From: a virus
Lineage: Duplodnaviria; Caudoviricetes
Length of the DNA stretch: 35,783 bases
Strand: one strand, 5' to 3'
Virus record (IMG/VR): IMGVR_UViG_3300034102_002954
Span: 1 to 35,783 of that record
Shown: positions 8,346 through 16,836 of the stretch, one piece after another
How positions within the stretch are numbered: the first letter of the stretch is position 1
Layout of the letters: the number at the start of each line of letters is the position of its first letter
Translations under genes and position numbers: made by a program
The notes under the pieces: generated by a model
What the model saw: only the letters and a program-made list of their open reading frames with translations
Told to the model about the DNA's origin: nothing
The model's database searches: none

Positions 8346-8865
8346 GAAACAAGAACAATTGAATGATTATTTTGCAACTAAATGGACTAGCAACTTAGAT
8401 CAATACTTATACTCTGGTTGGAATTTAATAGATAAAATTTCCAAGGATGAATGGGTATTGGACGTTGGATGTGGACCAAATCCATTCAAAGGTAAAATTA
8501 AAAATTTAATTGGAATAGATCCTGCATTTGACGAAGCAGATTATAAAGTTACCATAGACAAATTTAAAACAGACCAAAAATTTGATGTTGCTTTTTGTTT
8601 GGGTAGTATTAATTTTGGATCTGGAGATAAGATTATATCAGAAATTAATTCAGTAGTAAAGTTACTAAATCCAAATTCAAGAATTTATTGGAGATGTAAT
8701 CCAGGAAGAACAGATCATGGGAATAAAGAATGCGAAGAAATAGATTTTTTCCCATGGTCATATGATTTACATTTAAAATTCTCAGAACATTTTAAATTTA
8801 CTTGTGTAGATTTAAAATATGATAACAATCATAGAATTTATGCTGAGTGGGTTAGATCTGATTGA
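8344..8865 (+). CDS. Class I SAM-dependent methyltransferase
   Basis: VLDVGCG motif I, IGID motif II and FDVAFC motif IV. Start placed at ATG 8344 (AGGT SD-like upstream) rather than GTG 8239. Confidence 0.85.
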   Translation: MKQEQLNDYFATKWTSNLDQYLYSGWNLIDKISKDEWVLDVGCGPNPFKGKIKNLIGIDPAFDEADYKVTIDKFKTDQKFDVAFCLGSINFGSGDKIISEINSVVKLLNPNSRIYWRCNPGRTDHGNKECEEIDFFPWSYDLHLKFSEHFKFTCVDLKYDNNHRIYAEWVRSD

Positions 8866-9335
8866 ATCTCTCTCATCAGTTTATCATATTGAGTTAACCA
8901 CTTTTCCTTTCTTTCTCTAAAGTATTGAGTGTCAAACATTATTTCATTATAACTTTTACCTTCAGAAAATTTGTCAAAGGTAATATGTTGTATTCTATAT
9001 TCACAAAAGTAAATAGCAAAAGATAACAAGTCTTTCAAGTTTTTCTTATTTTCATCAATATTAACACCAGTGATTGTATGTTTTTCAGAATATAAATCCA
9101 CAAGATTTGTATAGTCATCCAAAAATTGAGTTTCAATTCTCCGTTCGTCACCTTTCCACATTAAACACACAATTGAATAATAATTTTCAAAGTTACACTT
9201 TACCCATTTTTTGTATTCTTCAAATGTCATTAGAGAAGAATGTTCAGAAAATGCCTTAAATACTGGTTCTTCTTCTTTATGGAAGTTATACCTAGCATAT
9301 TTTGCAGAAAGCTCTAATAAAATATCAGTTTCCAT
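8838..9335 (-). CDS. Hypothetical protein
   Basis: 165-aa ORF overlapping the stop of the upstream radical SAM gene; no recognisable motif. Confidence 0.6.
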   Translation of the reverse strand: METDILLELSAKYARYNFHKEEEPVFKAFSEHSSLMTFEEYKKWVKCNFENYYSIVCLMWKGDERRIETQFLDDYTNLVDLYSEKHTITGVNIDENKKNLKDLLSFAIYFCEYRIQHITFDKFSEGKSYNEIMFDTQYFRERKEKWLTQYDKLMREIQSDLTHSA

Positions 9336-10527
9336 TTCGTAGTAAATTAGTAATATCTTTTAATTCTGGAAAAGTTTTTAGCAACTTTTCTCCCCTAATA
9401 ATATCCTTTTTATGATTTTCTTTTAAAAACTCAATTCTGAGGTCATTAATATCTTTTGGTTCTTCTTTATTTAATTTACTGAATATTATTTTAAATTTGT
9501 GTGTAACATCTACATCATATTTTTTATTATATTTTAGTAAGAAATCATAAATTTGATTATCTATCTTTTTTTTAAAATTTTTACTCAGCAAAGAAATATC
9601 ACAATCACCTATCACTGGATTAAACATAAAATTTTGATAATTATATTTCTCATTTATATGCCCAATATCAACTAAACGTTGAATAATAACAGGTAATCTA
9701 AAAACATTATAACAACTAGCAACAATATTTGTATTAACGTTTAAATCTTGTTCGGAAAGTAATTTTAAATTTTTTTCTATAGTTTTCCAATTAGAATTTT
9801 TTCGTATATACTCAGATCTTTCATCTATTTCATCAATACTTGCAACTATTTCAATTTTATTTTTATCTAATTTACTCAAATAATTGAAAATACTTTTATT
9901 CCCCAAATTTAACACAGACATATTTGTGTTAAAGTGGAGATGTGGATGTGGTTTATTTCTCTGTATTAAAAATTCTAGAAGTTTATAAGTTTCTTTCATT
10001 AAAAATGATTCACCACCAATAAACTCAATCAATTCCAGATCATCAATATTTTCTTCAATAAATTTTCTATAGAACTCTGGATTTTCTATTACTTTCCCTT
10101 CTATTAAAGAACTGTTACTACCATTACACATTCTACATTGAAAATTGCATTTATTACTTACTTTAAATACAAAAGATTTAAATTTTATTTTATCTTCTTT
10201 TATTGATCCATCTTCATTAGTAATATATTGAATTTCATCAAATGTGTCTTTGAAGAAATTGTTGTAATAATCCCTTAGATTATATGTATTATTATAATCA
10301 CTTGTTAGTAAATTATTTTCTATACATATTCTACAAGTTTCTGGAAGTGGTCCAGGAGTTAACATATTCCTCCTAAACCTGTTCATTTTTCTAGAATTCC
10401 ACACTTCTTTGTAATTATTTTCTAGAACATTACCTAAAAAAGTGTCATTGACACAACATGGAACAACATCACCGTTTGCTTCGGCAAAAAAATATACCCA
10501 GGGAACTATACAATGAGGTTTATTCAT
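9325..10527 (-). CDS. Radical SAM protein with N-terminal SPASM/twitch domain
   Basis: N-terminal CIVPW...GDVVPCC...CRIC, then SNKCNFQCRMC (CxxxCxxC), GGE, TN and SID motifs. Confidence 0.9.
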   Translation of the reverse strand: MNKPHCIVPWVYFFAEANGDVVPCCVNDTFLGNVLENNYKEVWNSRKMNRFRRNMLTPGPLPETCRICIENNLLTSDYNNTYNLRDYYNNFFKDTFDEIQYITNEDGSIKEDKIKFKSFVFKVSNKCNFQCRMCNGSNSSLIEGKVIENPEFYRKFIEENIDDLELIEFIGGESFLMKETYKLLEFLIQRNKPHPHLHFNTNMSVLNLGNKSIFNYLSKLDKNKIEIVASIDEIDERSEYIRKNSNWKTIEKNLKLLSEQDLNVNTNIVASCYNVFRLPVIIQRLVDIGHINEKYNYQNFMFNPVIGDCDISLLSKNFKKKIDNQIYDFLLKYNKKYDVDVTHKFKIIFSKLNKEEPKDINDLRIEFLKENHKKDIIRGEKLLKTFPELKDITNLLRNGN

Positions 10528-10567
10528 ATTAATATTCTAACTATATACTGATTATATCATAATAAAG

Positions 10568-11413
10568 ATGCATTCAAAAGTAGATGTACCAATCCTAGAT
10601 TTTCATATTACACATAATTGCAATCTAACTTGTGAGAGCTGTTCCGATTTCACAAACCATGGTCATTCTAGAATGATAAGTCTTGAAGAAGGAAAAAGAT
10701 GGATTGGTAATTGGAATAATAGAATTCAACCAAAACAATTTATAATACTTGGGGGAGAACCAACATTACATAAAGATTTGATTGATTTTCTATATCTTTC
10801 AAGAGAAATGTGGGGTAATACTTATATAAAATTAACAACAAATGGATTTTTTTTACATAATCATGAAGGATTAGGGGAAGCAATAAAAGAAAATAATATA
10901 AATTTATCATTATCTATACATAGTAAATCAAAAGATTACGTTAATAGGATAAAAGATAATTTAAAATTATGTTTAAAATGGAAAAATGAATTAGGAATTA
11001 ATGTGTCAGTAAATACAACTCACGAATATTGGACACAAATCTATAAAGGCTATGGTGAAAACATATTACCATTTGAAGATAATGATGCTGAAGCTAGTTG
11101 GAACAATTGCTTCATGGAAGGAACCTGTTTTCAATTACATGAGGGTATGATATGGAAATGTCCACCAATTGCATATTTACCTTTAATGGCAAAAAAATAT
11201 GAACTATCAAAGAAGTGGGATCCTTATTTAAAATACAATCCACTAAAACCAAATTGTAGTCATGATGATATTGTAGAATTTTTTAATAGAAAATCAGAGA
11301 ACATTTGTACAATGTGCCCAGCACACAAAAATTATATACCAAATACAAAAAATCCTCTGATGTCCGTTAAAGAATCAGAGGATTTATTCAAAAAACAGCA
11401 GTCACACCAATAA
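10568..11413 (+). CDS. Radical SAM protein with C-terminal Cys cluster (copy 1)
   Basis: HITHNCNLTCESC, GGEPTLH and TTNG, followed by C...C...G.IWKCP...CTMCP. Paralog of 15770..16591. Confidence 0.9.
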   Translation: MHSKVDVPILDFHITHNCNLTCESCSDFTNHGHSRMISLEEGKRWIGNWNNRIQPKQFIILGGEPTLHKDLIDFLYLSREMWGNTYIKLTTNGFFLHNHEGLGEAIKENNINLSLSIHSKSKDYVNRIKDNLKLCLKWKNELGINVSVNTTHEYWTQIYKGYGENILPFEDNDAEASWNNCFMEGTCFQLHEGMIWKCPPIAYLPLMAKKYELSKKWDPYLKYNPLKPNCSHDDIVEFFNRKSENICTMCPAHKNYIPNTKNPLMSVKESEDLFKKQQSHQ

Positions 11414-11528
11414 CTTTTGCATTAGGATTTCTAGCGAGAGCAACTTCTTTTGCTTCTTTGTAATCTCTGGCATAAACCTCTTCACAAAAAACTTTTCCAG
11501 CAACATAAAGTTGAACTTTACATTTCAT
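11388..11528 (-). CDS. Small hypothetical phage protein (46 aa)
   Basis: Manual translation MKCKVQLYVAGKVFCEEVYARDYKEAKEVALARNPNAKVIGVTAVF*; ATGA overlap with the rlpA stop. Confidence 0.75.
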   Translation of the reverse strand: MKCKVQLYVAGKVFCEEVYARDYKEAKEVALARNPNAKVIGVTAVF

Positions 11529-11839
11529 CCAACAACCCTCCAACAAACAGTAGCGTTACCCTTACTCGTAGAAGAAATATGAGCAAAGGCAGCATAAGAA
11601 AGATCCAAATCAGCGTGACTATATGGACCACGATCATTTACTCGTACAATAACTTGTTTTCCGTTGTTTTGGTTCGTTACCCTAATTTTGCTACCCATAG
11701 GTAGATAAGGATGAGCTGCAGTCCAACGATAAGCATCAAACCGCTCACCGTTAGCAGTTGTTTGTCCATGAAATCCGTCTCCTACTCCGTAAAAAGTTGC
11801 AATTCCACAAGTCAATCCAGCAATAAGTGTTTCAATCAT
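11525..11839 (-). CDS. rlpA: RlpA-like lytic transglycosylase (DPBB domain)
   Basis: FHGQTTANGERFD...TAAHPYLPMGS..RVTN..NGK.V.VRVNDRGP...DLSYAAF signature. Confidence 0.93.
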   Translation of the reverse strand: MIETLIAGLTCGIATFYGVGDGFHGQTTANGERFDAYRWTAAHPYLPMGSKIRVTNQNNGKQVIVRVNDRGPYSHADLDLSYAAFAHISSTSKGNATVCWRVVG

Positions 11840-11870
11840 AATAATTTTAAATCCGAATAAAATAATTTAA

Positions 11871-12314
11871 TTAAAAATCGCCTTTTCCTTGACCAACATC
11901 AAATACCCAGATACCTCTATTTACCCACATATCCACAACACGTTTACGATCATCAAATACTCCAAGAATGTTGTGAGTTTTCTCAATCTCATCAGCAATT
12001 TCACTTTTGACAATAGCATCATCACGGTGATCTTTATACTTTCTCATATAAAGAGCATTATAAGAAATATCATATTTCTTTAACCACTCTTCAGTTTGTT
12101 TACGGTAATCATCGGATCTACCACTCACAATAAAAACTGGATAATAATATGTCATAGATTGAACCACACCAAGAACAGGGCAATTTGGTTCATCATTAAC
12201 TAATCCAGCATTCCAGGCATCCCAATTACGTGGTTTAGTTGCAACGTATTGGCGACGATGTTTAACGTCACAAATAGTACCATCAAGATCGAAAACATAA
12301 CAATTCGGTTTCAT
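11871..12314 (-). CDS. pseT: HAD-family polynucleotide 3'-phosphatase (standalone T4 Pnkp C-terminal domain)
   Basis: DLDGT, SGR, R...DHRDD..VK and DDR..V..MW motifs, with a terminal GDF as in the T4 Pnkp phosphatase domain. Confidence 0.85.
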   Translation of the reverse strand: MKPNCYVFDLDGTICDVKHRRQYVATKPRNWDAWNAGLVNDEPNCPVLGVVQSMTYYYPVFIVSGRSDDYRKQTEEWLKKYDISYNALYMRKYKDHRDDAIVKSEIADEIEKTHNILGVFDDRKRVVDMWVNRGIWVFDVGQGKGDF

Positions 12315-12547
12315 TATACTTCCTCAAAATAATAAAAAGCATCATTAAATACTTCATCATCACTACCAAGAGACATCCAACCTGCTGCCATACTATCAGA
12401 GAATTGTTCCCAAGCATGAACCGCATCAGTTGCAGAAATCTCATAACCACGATCCGCAAAGATTTTTACGATGCGGTCAATATCATTCTTATATTCAAAG
12501 TGATGATTGTATTGTTCTTTAACTTTCAACTTTTTCAACATAATCAA
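12314..12547 (-). CDS. Hypothetical protein
   Basis: 77-aa ORF tightly packed between the kinase and phosphatase genes. Confidence 0.65.
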   Translation of the reverse strand: MIMLKKLKVKEQYNHHFEYKNDIDRIVKIFADRGYEISATDAVHAWEQFSDSMAAGWMSLGSDDEVFNDAFYYFEEV

Positions 12548-12992
12548 ATCCTTCTTCTAGGGTTGGAATTTCAAATTGATGCCACATTCGGTGAAGAATA
12601 CTCCTTGGAATAAACTTACCTTCACGATGTTCGTTTCGTTCCAGCGCCTCCTCTAGTGGTATAGTGAAGTATAGCACACCCCTTGCATAAAAGGAAGGTA
12701 GTTTAGAAAGTTTTTTCTTTCGGGTCTTGACTGATAAGTTTGTCTGATCCCAAATAATGTTCTTACCTTTGTCCTTTGCCATACTCAACTCAAGTTCAAG
12801 TTCCCGTGTTGCATCTTTGATTACATCATCAAAGACCAGATTATAAGTCAGTCCAAGACGTTGTGCTTGTTTCTCAATGTAATTGTCAGTAGAAAGAACT
12901 ACTGCATCTTTCCAGTAGTCCAGTTTCTTCAGTTTTTCAACGTATGTGGATTTTCCGCTAGTAGGGATACCACAGAGCATCACACATTCCAT
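12519..12992 (-). CDS. P-loop polynucleotide 5'-kinase-like protein (AAA_33; standalone Pnkp N-terminal-like domain)
   Basis: CGIPTSGKST Walker A, LSTD, IWDQTNL and ERN..R lid motifs; likely start MECVMLCG at 12992. Confidence 0.8.
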   Translation of the reverse strand: MECVMLCGIPTSGKSTYVEKLKKLDYWKDAVVLSTDNYIEKQAQRLGLTYNLVFDDVIKDATRELELELSMAKDKGKNIIWDQTNLSVKTRKKKLSKLPSFYARGVLYFTIPLEEALERNEHREGKFIPRSILHRMWHQFEIPTLEEGFDYVEKVES

Positions 12993-14152
12993 TTGAGACC
13001 TCCCCACAACCAGCGATTTTGTTCAATTTTAGTTTGAGTGGTCAAAGATTTACTAATCATGTCAACAATGGTAGCACGGGAACCCTTACCACCTTTCATA
13101 GCATACATGATGGGAGCATGGATCGGCAAGACCTTCTTCTGAACAAACTCCACAGCAAAATCTTTCTTATCAGGATACACTGTATTGCCACCCAAATAGA
13201 TCTGCGCCATTTCATACGCCAGATCGTCCACAGATGCCCAGAAGGCGGTCTGGAACGCTTTAAGACGGGTGGCATCGTCAGGGGTTAGTAAAGGTACAAG
13301 ATCATCCACAGAATCATTTACAATAGTTTGAATAACATTTTTTTCCTGACTGATCTGCTCTTTAGATTTGTGGCGAAGCACATACTCATCTGCTTTCACT
13401 TTGACCATGTGCCCACTATTAAATCGTAGCACAATACCCTCACCATCATCCCACTCACGAACCTGATCAACGAACAGGTGAATATTTTGAACAGCGAGAC
13501 CATCCACTGCTTTTACTACAGGGATATTCCAATGTTCTGAAAGTTCTACCATGTTATAATGGAGAAGATAATTACCTTTTACAGTATTGCGAACAGCAGT
13601 AAGAATTAACTGATCTTCAGGATAATCCACAACAATACGGTTTTTACGAGAACACCATTCAAAAATAGGTGTCATTCCACCATCAAACATTGCATGAATA
13701 AATTTTGCATATTGTGGTTTATCAGCAATAAAGACCTCAGCATTCATCGCAACATCAGTAACACCCGCTTTAGTAGCAAGACGGAACCCCTCTTTTGTAG
13801 GAATAGGACGGATCATAGAACCATCCAGTTTCTCCAGAACTACATGAGGTTCATAAAGATTGATCTTATCAATGTCAGTTTCTTCTCGCTCACCAACATT
13901 AAAGAATTTGTGATACGGGCGGGAAATAAGTTTGCCAGTTTCAGTATCAAAAATCAGACCACGGCATTCGCGGCGGATCTTCATGTTATGGAGACTACGC
14001 TCACGAACAAATGAAAATGTTTCATCAAACGCTACCATGTAGTTGACAACAGTATACCAATCCTTCACCATCACTTTAAACTCTTGCCAATCCTCGATGT
14101 GAGGAATGACATCATCAATATGATTAATTTCTGGAAACTGATAGGAAGACAC
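12980..14152 (-). CDS. rnlA: T4 Rnl1-like RNA ligase
   Basis: ECRGLIFD, RP.HKFFN..E, EKLDGS (motif I), FEW....NRIVV.Y, EGIV and VKVK...Y motifs. Confidence 0.93.
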   Translation of the reverse strand: MSSYQFPEINHIDDVIPHIEDWQEFKVMVKDWYTVVNYMVAFDETFSFVRERSLHNMKIRRECRGLIFDTETGKLISRPYHKFFNVGEREETDIDKINLYEPHVVLEKLDGSMIRPIPTKEGFRLATKAGVTDVAMNAEVFIADKPQYAKFIHAMFDGGMTPIFEWCSRKNRIVVDYPEDQLILTAVRNTVKGNYLLHYNMVELSEHWNIPVVKAVDGLAVQNIHLFVDQVREWDDGEGIVLRFNSGHMVKVKADEYVLRHKSKEQISQEKNVIQTIVNDSVDDLVPLLTPDDATRLKAFQTAFWASVDDLAYEMAQIYLGGNTVYPDKKDFAVEFVQKKVLPIHAPIMYAMKGGKGSRATIVDMISKSLTTQTKIEQNRWLWGGLKWNV

Positions 14153-14174
14153 GTTAAGAACTCAATTTACAAAC

Positions 14175-14216
14175 ATAATAACAGAAAAATTTTCCAATGT
14201 CTATGTCAGTGGACAC
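14175..14216 (-). promoter_or_regulatory. Probable early promoter (TAGACA-N17-TATTAT) with an upstream GTGTCCAC box
   Basis: -35 at 14203-14198, -10 at 14180-14175, box at 14216-14209; intergenic, upstream of rnlA. Confidence 0.6.
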
Positions 14217-14217
14217 T

Positions 14218-14670
14218 TCAAAAAGTGGTTTTTGTTTTTTTGTATGGTAGTATACTCAAATCATTTAAAAGCAATTGACTTTCCATAAAATCACACAATT
14301 CTGACGTATGATCCTGTAAATATGAAATATTTTTAAAATCAAGAGATATATTTAATATTTTTGATTTTGGTTGATATACCATATCCAATTCAATTAAAAG
14401 CATCTGAATAGTACCATTAATATTACCTATATTTTCTTGTGGTTGTGCATCTATACACAATTTAATTATGTTTTCTTTTACATCAGAATCAGATATTATC
14501 CAATTAATCTCATCAGTTGTTAAAAAAGTTGATCCATGATCATCATCAAACACTGTACCATTAATATCAGATATCAACTCTTCAAAACTATTATATTCTG
14601 ATGGATTACATCTATGGATAATTTTTTGTATTATTGAATGTAATTTGGAATAAAATTCAATTTTATTCAT
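14218..14670 (-). CDS. Hypothetical protein (paralog of 14670..15080)
   Basis: Shared RCNP.EY.SF..L, EI.W..S...ENI.K.C and DLSI.PY motifs. Confidence 0.7.
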   Translation of the reverse strand: MNKIEFYSKLHSIIQKIIHRCNPSEYNSFEELISDINGTVFDDDHGSTFLTTDEINWIISDSDVKENIIKLCIDAQPQENIGNINGTIQMLLIELDMVYQPKSKILNISLDFKNISYLQDHTSELCDFMESQLLLNDLSILPYKKTKTTF

Positions 14671-15080
14671 TATCTATAAGGTATGATACTTAAATCTAAC
14701 ATTATTAATGCTTCTTCTATTGTTTGAGATATTGAAGATGATTTTTCACTAGCTAAAAATCCTTCATTTTTGGGGATTGGGACTACTTTTGTATCATAAC
14801 CCATTATATCCAATGATTTCAATATGGAACTTATTTTTCCAGAATGAGTATTTTCTTTATAAGTAGAATCCCACACTCTCTGGCACATTTTCATAATATT
14901 TTGTTCAATCTTTGGATTAGATTGAACCCATTCAATTTCTTCTGGATTAAAAAACGTGGCTTGTCCAGTAGATGTTTCCTCAATTTTATCTAACAACATA
15001 TCAAATGAATCATATTCATATGGATTGCATCTATTGTTAATTTTATTAATGATTAATTCTAACTGTTTTTTACTGATCAT
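14670..15080 (-). CDS. Hypothetical protein (paralog of 14218..14670)
   Basis: RCNPYEYDSF...LDLSIIPY; TAATG coupling to the downstream copy. Confidence 0.7.
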   Translation of the reverse strand: MISKKQLELIINKINNRCNPYEYDSFDMLLDKIEETSTGQATFFNPEEIEWVQSNPKIEQNIMKMCQRVWDSTYKENTHSGKISSILKSLDIMGYDTKVVPIPKNEGFLASEKSSSISQTIEEALIMLDLSIIPYR

Positions 15081-15082
15081 TT

Positions 15083-15721
15083 TTAGAATTTATGTGCGTA
15101 TTTAAAATCAACAATTATAGTAACTCTAGGAGAATCTTTTGTTATTATTGGTGGTGGTAAAACTGCAGCATGATTCATATCCGAATGATGAATAATCATA
15201 GAATTTTCATCTCCAGGAACGATAAATTCTCTACCTTTGTCTTCTATTAAAGTTCCATAAATTCTAGAAGGATTTTGTAAATAATAAATTATACCCAAAT
15301 CAAGATTTGTGTGAGCATGTAAATTTCCATAATTTATATACATTTGCTCTTCATATTGATCATCAGTAACATCCTTATACATTCTCTTAGCCCAATAAGA
15401 GGCTACTTTTAATGTTCTTATACTTGGATTATTAGTTATTTCAGCATAATTGTTCAAATGCGATTTTACCATTTTAAAGAAATTATACCAACATTCCTTA
15501 TTTTCTAATTTTCTTTTAGGTAACCCATTTGTAGCCTCTATATATCCGTCCCTATTATCTGGATTATTAGACAGTTCATCATCTATTTCTTTAATTAATC
15601 CATTAACATCCTCTTCAGATAGAACATTATATGCATGATATAATGTTCTACCAAAATAATTCATTGTAGTAATAGTTCTTGGATCTGGGGGATATATTCT
15701 TTTTTGCTTCTTTTTCGCCAT
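15083..15721 (-). CDS. Putative 2OG-Fe(II) oxygenase, HxH type (copy 1)
   Basis: W...LHAH...IYYL...HAA...RVTIIVDF pattern; paralog of 17561..18184. Confidence 0.7.
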   Translation of the reverse strand: MAKKKQKRIYPPDPRTITTMNYFGRTLYHAYNVLSEEDVNGLIKEIDDELSNNPDNRDGYIEATNGLPKRKLENKECWYNFFKMVKSHLNNYAEITNNPSIRTLKVASYWAKRMYKDVTDDQYEEQMYINYGNLHAHTNLDLGIIYYLQNPSRIYGTLIEDKGREFIVPGDENSMIIHHSDMNHAAVLPPPIITKDSPRVTIIVDFKYAHKF

Positions 15722-15769
15722 TTTAAAAAATCCTATACTAATTGATTATAATATTTTTTCCTTTATTTA

Positions 15770-16591
15770 TCAAGTATCATATTGTTTTTTCCAATATCTA
15801 ACTGGTAGTAAAGGATCCGCAGATGGTTTGAAATGTTCTTTTTCTGCTGGACACATACTACAGTAACTTTCCCACTTGCGACTAAAAAACTCCACTAATT
15901 CTTCATCAGAGCAATCTTGTTCTAATGCTTTATATTTTAAATATGGATCCCATTTATCAGAAAGATTAAATTTTTCTGATTGCATTGGTAAATATGCCAA
16001 TGCAGGGCATTTCCATATTTTACCTTGATGTAGTTGAATACAAGCCCTAGATACACAATTCTTCCAACTTGATTCTGGATTGTTGTCTTCATATGGCATC
16101 ATTTTATCACCATATCCTTGATATTGTCTCAACCAATCTAAGGAAGAATGTCTCATTTCAACTTTTACACCCATTAACAACCATTTTTTAGCTAATTTGT
16201 AAACTGGTTTAAATTTCTCAATATATTCTGGATGTTCTCTTGTGTGAACAGATATACCAATAACTGTTTGAGTATCAATTAAAGCCTTTGCTAAGTCTGG
16301 ATGTTTATGCAAATAAAATCCATTAGAAATTAATTCCAAATGAGAATGTGGCCATTTTTCTCTTGCAAGATAAACAAACTTAGTGAGATCTTTATGTAAA
16401 GCAGGTTCTCCACCAAGAATAGTAAATCTTTCTGGAATTATACGTTTATTCCAAATATCCATCCATTCTGAACCTTGCTCTAAAGAAAGCATTCCAGAGT
16501 GACCATGATTACTATAATGTGTACATCCCTCACAAGTTAAATTGCAAGAGTGTGTTATGTGTATCTGAACTTCGTGAGGAATTCTAATCAT
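15770..16591 (-). CDS. Radical SAM protein with C-terminal Cys cluster (copy 2)
   Basis: HITHSCNLTCEGC, GGEPALH, SNG, IWKCP and CSMCP; likely start MIRIPHEV at 16591. Confidence 0.9.
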   Translation of the reverse strand: MIRIPHEVQIHITHSCNLTCEGCTHYSNHGHSGMLSLEQGSEWMDIWNKRIIPERFTILGGEPALHKDLTKFVYLAREKWPHSHLELISNGFYLHKHPDLAKALIDTQTVIGISVHTREHPEYIEKFKPVYKLAKKWLLMGVKVEMRHSSLDWLRQYQGYGDKMMPYEDNNPESSWKNCVSRACIQLHQGKIWKCPALAYLPMQSEKFNLSDKWDPYLKYKALEQDCSDEELVEFFSRKWESYCSMCPAEKEHFKPSADPLLPVRYWKKQYDT

Positions 16592-16835
16592 TTTTAAATA
16601 ACTCTTTCTGCATTTTTTCAGCATCCTTCATATATTTACGCATCATAAACCACTGAGTAATTTTATTAGTAGTTACTAAAGGATGAAATCTAACAATCCA
16701 AAAAAATCTTTCTATATTGTTCTTTATAATCTTCAGATATAATAAAAAAAATCTTGCAAAATTATCATCAGTTGCAATTAAATATGCAATAAATGAAAAT
16801 ATAAGAAGATATACTAAGTACTGTTCTTGATACAT
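16584..16835 (-). CDS. Small membrane-anchored hypothetical protein
   Basis: Hydrophobic N-terminus; packed within the operon. Confidence 0.65.
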   Translation of the reverse strand: MYQEQYLVYLLIFSFIAYLIATDDNFARFFLLYLKIIKNNIERFFWIVRFHPLVTTNKITQWFMMRKYMKDAEKMQKELFKND

Positions 16836-16836
16836 T

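Noticed and set aside
13019-14278. Plus-strand ORFs within rnlA
   Set aside because: Antisense shadows with no motifs.
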